Below, in pieces: positions 52,301 through 62,946 of a stretch of DNA of 64,000 nt. The notes under the pieces are model-generated. The model ran no database searches. It saw nothing but the letters and a program-made list of their open reading frames with translations, and had not been told where the DNA came from. This stretch comes from an uncultured Actinomycetes bacterium. GTDB lineage: Bacteria > Actinomycetota > Thermoleophilia > Gaiellales > Gaiellaceae. The stretch covers positions 398,295-462,294 of the forward strand of contig CAWEJU010000015.1 of assembly GCA_963809465.1 (NCBI GenBank). The letters run 5' to 3'. How positions within the stretch are numbered: position 1 is the stretch's first letter; each line of letters opens with the position of its first letter. The position numbers and the translations under genes were made by a program.

Positions 52301-52304
<4 letters not shown>
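51084..52304 (-). CDS. hutI: imidazolonepropionase
   Basis: PGLVDCHTH..amidohydrolase motifs..[16 protein letters not shown] overlap with hutU. Confidence 0.9.
51086..51091 (-). promoter_or_regulatory. -10-like TACGCT, 8 nt before ATG 51077, overlapping the hutI stop
   Basis: Minus strand reads TACGCT-agccctcc-ATG. Confidence 0.35.
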
Positions 52305-54012
<1,708 letters not shown>

Positions 54013-54016
<4 letters not shown>

Positions 54017-55557
54017 TCGATCTCCCCCGCGTCCGCCTCGACCGCGGCGAGGAAGGAGCCGTCGCGGATGGACGTCGCAACAGCCTCGATGTCGGCCGCG
54101 AGGGGCCGGTCGTCGCGCAGCCTCGGCGAGATCTCCCGCACCGCAGCCCGAGCCGCCCGGCCGCCGGCTCCCGGCTCGAGCGGCGCGTGGAACTCCACCG
54201 CCTGGGCACCTGCGAGCAGCTCGATCGCCACCGCCTGCTCGGAGTTCGCGAGCACCTGCCACGCCTTGAGCCCGGCCGCGTTCCCCATCGAGACGTGATC
54301 CTCCTGGCCGGCGCTCGTCGGGATCGAGTCGACGGACGCCGGATGGCAGAGCACCTTGTTCTCGGAGACCAGCGACGCGGCCACGTACTGGGGAATCATG
54401 AAGCCGCTGTTGAGGCCGCCGTCGGTGGTGAGGAAGGCGGGCAGGCCCTCCGACAGATTCGGGTTGACGAGGCGCTCGATGCGACGCTCGGAGATGTTCG
54501 CCAGCTCCGCGACGGCCATCGCGAGCGTGTCGAGGGCGAAGGCGAGCGGCTGCCCGTGGAAGTTGCCGTTCGACACGAGCAGCTCGTCGTCCACGAGCAC
54601 GAGCGGGTTGTCGGTGGCGGCGTTCAGCTCGACGCTCACCGTGTACTCCGCGTACTCCAGAAGGTCGCGGCACGCGCCGTGCACCTGCGGGGCGCAGCGC
54701 AGGGAGTACGCATCCTGCACCTTGTCGCACCAGCGGTGCGCCTCGATGATCGCCGAGCCTTCGAGGAGCCGCAGGACGTTGGCCGCTGCGGTCTCCTGGC
54801 CGCGGAGCGGACGAAGCGCGTGGATCTGCGGCAGGAACGACGTGCGTGATCCCTGGAGAGCCTCCACCGACAACGCGCATGCGACATCCGCGACCCGCGC
54901 CAGCCGGCGCGCCCGCACGAGCCCGAGAGCGAGCATCGCCGCCATGAACTGCGTGCCGTTGACGAGCGAGAGCCCCTCCTTCGCCTCCAGCCGCACCGGT
55001 TCGAGACCCACCCGGGCAAGCGCTTCCGCACCCGGGAGCCGCTCACCCTCGACCCACGCCTCTCCCTCGCCGACGAGCGGCAACGCGAGGTGCGCGAGCG
55101 GCGCAAGGTCGCCGGAGGCCCCGACGGAGCCGCGGCTCGGCACGACCGGCAGCACGCCGCGCTCGAGGAGCGCGAGGAGCAGCTCGACCGTCCCGACACG
55201 GGCGCCGGAGTTGCCCTTGGCGAGTGCGTTCGCGCGCAGAAGCAGCGCGGCCCGGACGACCTCGTCGGGATAGGGCTCACCGACGCCGCAGGCGTGCGAG
55301 CGGAGCAGCCGGAGCTGCAGCTCGCCCGTCTGCTCCTCGGGAATGGCGACCGCTACGAAGCGGCCGAAGCCGGTGTTGACGCCGTACGTGTGCTCGCGGC
55401 TCCCGTGGGCCGCCCGTTCCACGAGCTCCCGAGCCGCGTGCATTCGCTCGCGCGCGCTGTCGGAGAGCACCACGCCCGTCCCCTCGACGGCCACGGCCCA
55501 GACGTCGTCCACGGTGAGGTCGTTGCCCGTGAGGCCGATCGCCGTTCGCTGCGCCAC
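54013..55557 (-). CDS. hutH: histidine ammonia-lyase
   Basis: YGVNTGFG and the MIO-forming [14 protein letters not shown] motif. Confidence 0.95.
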
Positions 55558-55563
55558 TGCGCG

Positions 55564-55569
55564 AGTCTA
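55564..55569 (-). promoter_or_regulatory. -10-like TAGACT (TAGACTCG), 6 nt before the hutH GTG (leaderless)
   Basis: Minus strand reads TAGACT-cgcgca-GTG. Confidence 0.45.
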
Positions 55570-55592
55570 GTAGCCCGCACGCGGGGAAAAAT

Positions 55593-55602
55593 CGAGTACT
55601 CG
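55593..55602. promoter_or_regulatory. perfect 10-bp palindrome CGAGTACTCG in the A/T-rich hutH upstream region
   Basis: Lies 36 nt upstream of the hutH start. This is the only markedly A/T-rich intergenic stretch in the window. Candidate operator. Confidence 0.3.
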
Positions 55603-55713
55603 CATTTCCTGATTGATTGTTCAGTCAATGGGATTCGACGTTTTCGCGAGGTTTTCGTTCGAGCTTTCGTGGGAATTACCCGCGCCGTTCGTCATCCTCA
55701 ACAAGGAGAAACG

Positions 55714-56602
55714 ATGACGCGGAAAAGCGTGCCGCTCGGGTTGGCGGTACTGGCCGCGGCGGCGATCGCCGCAAGCGGCGCACTCTCGGCGACGACGTCC
55801 GTGACGATCTCGACGCCGAAGACGAACCAGAAGGTCTCGCAGAAGCAGAGCCCCTACCTCGCCGTGGCGGGAGCCGCGAAGTTCGCCGCCACCACGGCGG
55901 GAACGACACGCTTCTTTCTGCGCCGTGACGGGTGCGGGACGAGCAACGACAATCCGCATCTCAGCGCCACGTCCGGCACCGACGCCGGCGACGGCTGCGG
56001 GCTGATCGTCGACCAGGTCGGGCGTGGTGGGAGACGCTGCCCCCCAGGCGGTGTTCACCGACTACCCCGCGAGCGACGGAATGCCGCTCTCGTACGACGG
56101 GACTCAGCCGATCACCGGGCAGATCTCCCTCTCCGGCGCTCAGGTCGGGGTGGCGGACGTCGACGTCGACCTCCAGGCGCTCGTCGGCGGCAGCGCAGTC
56201 GATCTCGGCAGCGCAACGGGGAGCGCCGTGCTCGATCCGACGGCCGCGGCGACGCCCGTGCCGTTCACGATCGCTCCGAACGTCTCGCTCGACGGCTCGG
56301 ACATCCAGGCGCTCGACCTACGCGTGACGATCCATGGCCCGAACGTCTACAGCGGCTTCGTCGCCCTGAGCGGCGCGTCGTGGGCCGATCTGCCGAGCCA
56401 CGCCGCGAGCACGAACCAGGGCGTCCAGGTCTCGTTGGACGACCCGAGCTTCGCGAACGCGGTGCCGGCGCGGCTCAGCGGCGGCAGCTGGAGCGTGGCG
56501 ATCCCGACGCCGAGCGTCGGCAAGCACACGATCTACGCCGAGTCGACGCAGGGCTTCAGCACGTCCGCGCCGACGAGCGTGACCGTCAACGTGACGAAGT
56601 GA
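55714..56602 (+). pseudogene. secreted protein with C-terminal Ig-like domain, frame broken near 56015-56026
   Basis: AAGGAG SD plus ATG. The signal peptide MTRKSVPLGLAVLAAAAIAASGALS and ~75 aa lie in one frame. The rest (VVGDAAPQAVFTDYP..GKHTIYAESTQGFSTSAPTSVTVNVTK) lies in the frame shifted by one nt. Confidence 0.65.
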
Positions 56603-56616
56603 GGGGGGCAACGAAG

Positions 56617-57699
56617 GTGAGAAAGCTTGGAATCCTCTTGGTGCTCGGCGCGTTCGCGTTGCTCGGCGGGGCCGCCTCCGCCGGAGCATCCGGGTCGGCG
56701 CACCATCCGCTCTACATGCCGAATGCGAACAACATGGCCAACCCGACGCTGCAGCCGCCGCCGGTGTGCTGCTCGCCTGTCGGCCCGCCGGTCGCCGGCG
56801 AGCCGGCGCCGGTGAACATGGCCTACTTCGGCGGCCACGTCCAGGTGACGCCAAAGGTCTACCTCGTCCTCTGGGGCTGGGGTCAGGCTGGGGCGTTCAA
56901 CCACACGACGCCTGGCATGCCGGCCAACGACCCCGACGGGGCAGGCCAGCGGATGACCGACTTCCTCAATGCGGTCGGCGGCACGGGATGGACCGGATCG
57001 CAGACGCAGTACTACGAGACGGTCAACGGCCAGAACGTCAACATCACGAATCCCACCGGCCTCCTCAAGGGCGTCTGGTGGGACGACACGAACCCGATCC
57101 ACAACAACGTGAGCGGGCTCGAGCTGGCGCAGGAGGCCCAGCGCGCCGTCGCGCACTTCGGCGTGACCGACCTCGACAACAGCCAGTTCATCATCGCCCA
57201 GCCGCAGATGTACGACGAGGCCGGCTTCAACAGCGGCGCCGGCTACTGCGCGTGGCACGACTACACGCAACCGCAGTACTACCCCGGCGTGCAGCCCGGC
57301 ATCTCGTTCACGAACATGCCGTACGTCCTCAACTCCGGTTCCAGCTGCGGCGAGAACTCCGTCAACACCGGCTACTTCGCCGGCCGGCTCGACGGGTTCA
57401 CGATCGTGATGGGCCACGAGATGGAGGAGACGATCACCGATCCCGGCGCCGAGGACGTGATCAACGGCGTCAATCTCGGCGGCTGGTACGACTACGCCGC
57501 CTACGAGAACGGCGACAAGTGCGCGTGGGTCGGCTACACCGAGGGGATCGCGGCGCCGAACACGATCCCCGGCGGCCTCAACAACATCACGGGCACCGAC
57601 GGGAAGCAGTACCCCGTGCAAAGCCTGTGGAGCAACGGCTCGGCCGGCGGCGCAGGTTGGTGCGCCGGCGCGGGAGACGATCTCCCGGTCACCGGCTGA
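56617..57699 (+). CDS. secreted protein, possibly EXORDIUM/PHI-1-like
   Basis: GAGGGGGG SD 8 nt before the GTG, followed by a signal peptide. The motif order YFGGHV..VYLVLWGW..FL..GG.GW..QYY..CAWHDY..DGFTIVMGHEMEETITDP..ENGDKC..LWSNG..GWC resembles my recollection of the plant PHI-1 family. Confidence 0.6.
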   Translation: MRKLGILLVLGAFALLGGAASAGASGSAHHPLYMPNANNMANPTLQPPPVCCSPVGPPVAGEPAPVNMAYFGGHVQVTPKVYLVLWGWGQAGAFNHTTPGMPANDPDGAGQRMTDFLNAVGGTGWTGSQTQYYETVNGQNVNITNPTGLLKGVWWDDTNPIHNNVSGLELAQEAQRAVAHFGVTDLDNSQFIIAQPQMYDEAGFNSGAGYCAWHDYTQPQYYPGVQPGISFTNMPYVLNSGSSCGENSVNTGYFAGRLDGFTIVMGHEMEETITDPGAEDVINGVNLGGWYDYAAYENGDKCAWVGYTEGIAAPNTIPGGLNNITGTDGKQYPVQSLWSNGSAGGAGWCAGAGDDLPVTG

Positions 57700-57746
57700 C
57701 GGCGAGGGAGCGCGGGCCCGTCCTTCGCGACGGGCCCGCGGCCCAT

Positions 57747-58628
57747 CTACCCGTCGAGCAGGCGAAGCTCGAGGACGTGCGACGGGTCGAGGCCCGCGAC
57801 GCGCAGGAGCGAGCCTGCTGCTGCAACCGCGGCGCCGGCAGGCAGCAGGCCGACGAGCTCCGCGCCCGTCACGTCGAGACCCCTCGCGAGAGCCTCCAGC
57901 TCCACGGCTGCGACCACCTCGTGCAACGGTGCGGCCCGCCAGTCCTCCACGTTGAGGCTCACTTGGACGTGTCCCGCGCGCGGCAGGCGCAGCCCGAGCG
58001 CACGCACGCCCGGGAAACCGCCGTCGCGCTCCCGTACGGCGCGAGCGATCTCCTTCGCACCGTCGAGATCGTCGCCCGCCAGGTTGACGTTGAACGCGAT
58101 CAGCGGCGAACGCGCCCCGACGATCACGCCGCCCGCCCGCAGGTCGAGGCGCGCCGGGCCGAAGTCGGGCGCGAGCTCGCCCGCGTCGATCCGCCGCTGC
58201 AACTCTGCCGGGCCGCCCCGTCGGAAGAAGGACGGGCCGACGCCCGGCGCGAGATCGGCGTAGAAGAAGACCGGCAACGCGAGCTCCTCCCCCACCCTCC
58301 GTGCGAGCTCCAGAGCCGCGGCGCGTGCGCGCCCGGCATCGACCTCCCGGATCGGGACGAGCGGGACGACGTCGGCGGCGCCGATGCGCGGATGTGCGCC
58401 CTCGTGGCGGCGCAGGTCGATCCGGTCGCGGGCGCAGGCGATGCCCGCGACGAGCGCGCCGACGAGCTCTTCCTCACTCCCGACGAGCGTATAGACGGAC
58501 CGGTTGTGGTCCTCGTCCGAGTGGACGTCGAGCAGGCGTGCGTGCTCCGCGAGCGCGCCCGCGATCGCGTCGATCGTCGCGCGGTCGCGTCCCTCGGAGA
58601 AGTTCGGCACGGACTCGAGCGGCAGCAT
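57747..58628 (-). CDS. glutamate formimidoyltransferase
   Basis: LESVPNFSEGRD N-terminus and HPRIGAADVVP motif. 293 aa. Confidence 0.85.
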   Translation of the reverse strand: MLPLESVPNFSEGRDRATIDAIAGALAEHARLLDVHSDEDHNRSVYTLVGSEEELVGALVAGIACARDRIDLRRHEGAHPRIGAADVVPLVPIREVDAGRARAAALELARRVGEELALPVFFYADLAPGVGPSFFRRGGPAELQRRIDAGELAPDFGPARLDLRAGGVIVGARSPLIAFNVNLAGDDLDGAKEIARAVRERDGGFPGVRALGLRLPRAGHVQVSLNVEDWRAAPLHEVVAAVELEALARGLDVTGAELVGLLPAGAAVAAAGSLLRVAGLDPSHVLELRLLDG

Positions 58629-58636
58629 CGGCGCGG

Positions 58637-58646
58637 AGCCTACGCT
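58637..58646. promoter_or_regulatory. overlapping divergent -10 boxes (minus TAGGCT, plus TACGCT)
   Basis: On the minus strand, TAGGCT at 58642-58637 lies 8 nt before ATG 58628. On the plus strand, TACGCT at 58641-58646 lies 8 nt before GTG 58655. Confidence 0.45.
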
Positions 58647-58654
58647 CCGAGGCG

Positions 58655-59272
58655 GTGACGGTTCGCAAGTCGTCCTACCGCTCGCTCGCCTCACTGGAGC
58701 GCGACCTGTCGCGTTGCCGCGCGTGCGCCGAGGCCGGCTACCCCCTCGAGTCCCTCCCCGTGCGCGCACCCGGCGCGGAGCAGCGCGCGTACCTGTTCGG
58801 GCAGGCGCCGGGCGTGATCGAGGGAGAGCAGCGGCTGCCGTGGAGAGGACGCGCGGGCCGCACGCTCCGTAGTTGGCTCGGCCTCGAGGAGGAGGACTTC
58901 TACAGGACGTTCTACTGCGCCTCGGTCACACGCTGCTATCCGGGCCGCGCGCCATCCGGCCGCGGCGACCGCACACCCACGCCGCGCGAGCAGGATCTCT
59001 GCTCGTTCTGGCGCGACTGGGAGCTCGCGCTGCTGCGCCCGCGGCTGATCGTCACGGTCGGCGGGCTCGCCCTGCGCCGCTTGCTCGGGCTCGCCTCGTT
59101 GACGCCGTGCGTCGGCGAGCGGTACGAGCTCGACGGGACGCCGGTCGTCCCGCTTCCGCACCCGTCCGGCGCGAGCGGCTGGCTCAACGATCCGGCGAAC
59201 CGCGAGCGGCTCGCGGTGGCCATTACCCGCGTCCGCGAGGACCTGTCTGCCGTCTACCCTCAGAAGCGATGA
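58655..59272 (+). CDS. uracil-DNA glycosylase superfamily protein (family 4/5-like)
   Basis: C.AC...G..FGQAPG and HPSG..W motifs. Confidence 0.7.
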   Translation: MTVRKSSYRSLASLERDLSRCRACAEAGYPLESLPVRAPGAEQRAYLFGQAPGVIEGEQRLPWRGRAGRTLRSWLGLEEEDFYRTFYCASVTRCYPGRAPSGRGDRTPTPREQDLCSFWRDWELALLRPRLIVTVGGLALRRLLGLASLTPCVGERYELDGTPVVPLPHPSGASGWLNDPANRERLAVAITRVREDLSAVYPQKR

Positions 59273-61062
59273 GCGCGGTTCCCTACCGGGCGACGTTTGC
59301 GCGCCTGCTCGGCTTTCTCCGGCCCTACCGGCGCGGCGTCGCGATCTCGATCGTGCTCGCGCTCGGCTCGCAGGCCGCGCAGATTGCGCTGATCTGGGTG
59401 ACCGGGAAGAACGTGATCGACGAGGCGCTGCTCCACCACGACACCCAGCAGCTCTGGCTCTACGTCGGAGCCATCGCGGTCCTCGGGTTCATCTCGGCGG
59501 TGCTCATGCTCGGCCGGCGGCTCATCTCCGGCAAGCAGGCGCTCGACGTGGAGATGGACATGCGCCAGGGCCTCTACTCGCACCTCGTCCGTCTCTCGTT
59601 CGGCTTCTACGACCGGCACCAGACCGGCCAGCTGATGTCGCGCGCGACGGTCGATCTGCAGGGTGTCCGCTTCTTCCTCGGCTACGGCCTGATCTTCTTC
59701 TTCCAGAACGCCCTCACGGTCGTGTCGGTGACCATCGTGCTGTTCTTCTTCGAGTGGCATCTCGCGCTCATCGTGCTCGCCGTGACGCCGTTCCTCGTCG
59801 CGCTCGCGTACCGCTACAGCCACGTCGCACATCCCACGCTCCGCGACGTCCAGCAGAAGCTGGCCGACGTCGCGACCGTCTCGGAGGAGAACATCGTGGG
59901 CGTCCACGTCGTGAAGGCGTTCGCGCAGGAGCCGGCGGAGGAGGCGAAGTTCGCCGTTCGCAACGACGCGCTCTTCGCACAGACGATCCGCGCGAACCGG
60001 CAGCGCGCGACCTACGTGCCGCTGCTCTCGTTCGTGCCGCTGCTCGCGCAGGCGGCGGTGCTGCTCTTCGGCGCTCGGATGGTTGCCGACGGGTCACTCG
60101 CGGTCGGCTCCTTCGTCTCCTTCAACCTCTACCTCGCGCTGCTCGTGACGCCGCTCCGGTCGCTCGGAATGTGGGTCGGCCAGGCGCAGCGCGCGACCGC
60201 GTCGGGCGAGCGCATCTTCCAGGTGCTCGACGAGCCGGAGGAGATCGCGAGCCGGCCCGGCGCTCCCGACTTGCCGCCGGGCGAAGGCGCGATCCGCTTC
60301 GAGAACGTCTCCTTCTCCTACCTGCCTGGGCGGCCGGTGCTCGAGCAGGTCGACCTCGGCCTCGAGGCGGGTAGGACGGTGGCGCTGATCGGCCACACGG
60401 GCGCGGGCAAGACGACGCTCGCCTCACTCGTCCCCCGCTTCTACGAGGCGGATTCCGGCCGCGTCCTCGTGGACGGGGTCGACGTGCGCGACGTCACGCT
60501 CGCCTCGCTGCGCCGCCAGATCGGCGTCATCCCGCAGGATCCGTTCCTCTTTTCCACGACTGTGCGGGAGAACATCGCCTTCGGCCGTCCCGAGATGAGC
60601 GACGAGGAGGTCGAGCGGGTTTCGCGGCTCGCGCAGGCACACGAGTTCGTGGAGCGGCTGCCGCAGCGCTACGAGACGGTGATCGGCGAGCGCGGCATCA
60701 CGCTCTCGGGCGGGCAGCGGCAGCGGATCGCGATCGCGCGCGCCCTCGCGATCGACCCTCGGATCCTGATCCTCGACGACGCGACCGCCTCGGTCGACGC
60801 GACGACGGAGGCCCGCGTCCGCGCCGGCCTCCGCGAGGTGATGGAGGGGCGGACGACGCTGATCATCGCGCACCGGCTCTCGACGATCGCCCTCGCGGAC
60901 GAGATCGTAGTCCTCGATCGCGGACGGATCGCGGCACGCGGCACGCACGAGGAGCTGGTCGAGACGAGCCCCGTCTACCGCGAGATCTACCAGCACGGCC
61001 TGCTCGAGCGTCAGTTCGCCGACGCCGTGGAGGCGCGCGCCGACGTGGAGGAGGTCGCGTGA
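59269..61062 (+). CDS. ABC transporter permease/ATP-binding protein (type I exporter half-transporter)
   Basis: Six-TM domain, Walker A GHTGAGKTT, signature LSGGQRQR, Walker B ILILDDA. ATGA overlap with the upstream stop. Confidence 0.9.
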   Translation: MSAVPYRATFARLLGFLRPYRRGVAISIVLALGSQAAQIALIWVTGKNVIDEALLHHDTQQLWLYVGAIAVLGFISAVLMLGRRLISGKQALDVEMDMRQGLYSHLVRLSFGFYDRHQTGQLMSRATVDLQGVRFFLGYGLIFFFQNALTVVSVTIVLFFFEWHLALIVLAVTPFLVALAYRYSHVAHPTLRDVQQKLADVATVSEENIVGVHVVKAFAQEPAEEAKFAVRNDALFAQTIRANRQRATYVPLLSFVPLLAQAAVLLFGARMVADGSLAVGSFVSFNLYLALLVTPLRSLGMWVGQAQRATASGERIFQVLDEPEEIASRPGAPDLPPGEGAIRFENVSFSYLPGRPVLEQVDLGLEAGRTVALIGHTGAGKTTLASLVPRFYEADSGRVLVDGVDVRDVTLASLRRQIGVIPQDPFLFSTTVRENIAFGRPEMSDEEVERVSRLAQAHEFVERLPQRYETVIGERGITLSGGQRQRIAIARALAIDPRILILDDATASVDATTEARVRAGLREVMEGRTTLIIAHRLSTIALADEIVVLDRGRIAARGTHEELVETSPVYREIYQHGLLERQFADAVEARADVEEVA

Positions 61063-62946
61063 GGGTCCACCAGCCCGGCGGTCACCTCATGCGCGAGCGG
61101 GGCGCCGAGGTCGAGGACTGGACGTGGAACACGACGCGCCGGCGGCTCGGCGTGCTCTGGCGGCTGACCAAGCCCTACGGCGCTCGCACCGGCTTCTCCG
61201 CGTTCTCGCTTCTCGCCGCCACGGTGACGGCGCTCGCGCCTCCTCTCCTCGTCAAGTACGCCCTCGACGACGCGATCCACGGCACGACGGGCGGCCGGCT
61301 CGTGCTCATCGTCGCCGTCTTCGTTCTCGCCGGACTCGCCAACTGGGGGATGACGTACGTCGAGACGTACATGACGGGCTGGGTCGGGGAGCGGATCCTC
61401 GCCGACCTGCGCAAGCAGCTCTTCCGGCACCTGCAGCGGCTGTCGCTGGGCTTTTACGAGCGGAACCGCGCCGGCGTGCTGATCAGCCGGATGACGAACG
61501 ACGTCGAGGCGATCGACCAGCTCGTCACGGACGGCGTCACCACGCTCGCCCAGAGCACGCTATTGCTCGGCGGCACGGCAGTCCTCCTGCTCATCCTCGA
61601 CTGGCGAGCTCGCGCTCGCGACCCTCGCGGTGATCCCGTTCATGGCCGTCGCGAGCGTGCTGTTCCGGGTGCGCTCGGCGCGCGCCTATGCCGCGGTGCG
61701 GGAGCGGCTCGGGCTCGTCACGGCGACGCTGGCGGAGGACATCGCGGGCATGCGGATGGTGCAGGCGTTCGTGCGGGAGCAACGCGCAATCGAGAACTTC
61801 CGGACGGTCGCGCGGCGCTACCGCGATGCGAACATGGAGACGGTCGTCCTGAACGCGGTCTACTTCCCGTTCGTCAGCTTCCTGGCGACGCTCGCTCTGG
61901 CCGTCGTCCTCGGCTTCGGCGGCCACCTCTACTTCGACCAGGCGATCTCGATCGGGACGCTGGTGGCATTCATGCTCTTCGTCAACAACTTCTTCGACCC
62001 GGTCCAGCAGCTCTCGCAGCTCTACAACACGTTCCTCTCCGCCGCGGCCGCGCTCGACAAGATCATCGGCGTCCTCGACGAGGCGGCCGAGATCGTCGAC
62101 CGGCCGGGCGCGCAGCCGCTACCGCACATCCGGGGAGACGTCCGCTTCGAGGACGTGCACTTCGCCTACGGGCTACGCCGGCGGCCGGCGGCGCCGAAAG
62201 GCGCCGGGTCTTATGGCCGGGCGTCGGCGGCTTCGCCGCCGACACTTCCAGCCATAGAGCTCGGCGAGGAGGTACTGCACGGGATCGACCTCGACGTGCC
62301 GGCGGGGACGACGGTCGCGCTCGTCGGCCACACCGGCGCCGGCAAGTCGACGATCGCGAAGCTCCTCGCGCGCTTCTACGAGCCGACGAGCGGTCGGATC
62401 ACGATCGACGGCCACGACCTCAACCAGGTGACGCAGGAGTCGCTGCGGCACCAACTCGGGATCGTGCCGCAGGAAGGCTTCCTCTTCGCCGGCACCGTCG
62501 CCGAGAACATCGCCTTCGCCAAGCCCGACGCCAAGGCCGAGGAGATCGTGCGCGCGGCGCAGACCGTCGGCGCCCACGACTTCATCCTGCGGCTCGAAGA
62601 CGGCTATGAGACGCAGCTCGGCGAGCGCGGCTCACGGCTCTCACTGGGTCAGCGCCAGCTCGTCGCGTTCGCGCGCGCGCTCCTCGCCGATCCGCGGATC
62701 CTGATCCTCGACGAGGCAACCTCGTCGGTCGACATCGGCACCGAGCGGACGATCGAGCGCGCGCTGCGGACGCTGCTCGCGGACCGCACCTCGTTCGTCA
62801 TCGCCCACCGGCTGTCGACGATCCGCGACGCGGACCTCATAGTCGTGCTCGAGCATGGGCGCGTGGTCGAGCAGGGGTCGCACGAGGAGCTCCTTGCCCG
62901 CCGCGGTCTCTACACGAGCCTCTACGGAGACTGGGCAGCCGCGTAG
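61059..62946 (+). pseudogene. second ABC exporter half-transporter, frame broken near 61598-61613
   Basis: The TM domain up to LLLILDW is in one frame. It continues (ELALATLAVIPFMAV..GHTGAGKST..LSLGQRQ..ILILDEA) in the frame shifted by one nt. GTGA overlap with the first ABC gene. Confidence 0.8.

Noticed and set aside
57420-57450. GHEMEETITDP in the secreted protein as a zinc-metalloprotease HExxH motif.
   Set aside because: The sequence is HEMEE, not HExxH, and no third ligand motif (E, H or D downstream in a known spacing) is recognisable.
55090-57699. Single 869-aa ORF spanning the hutH antisense region, the Ig-like protein gene and the following secreted protein gene.
   Set aside because: The middle ~200 aa are Arg-rich sequence that looks non-coding. 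Two independent SD plus signal-peptide starts (55714 and 56617) and an alternative-frame coding segment (56024-56602) show that it is a composite.
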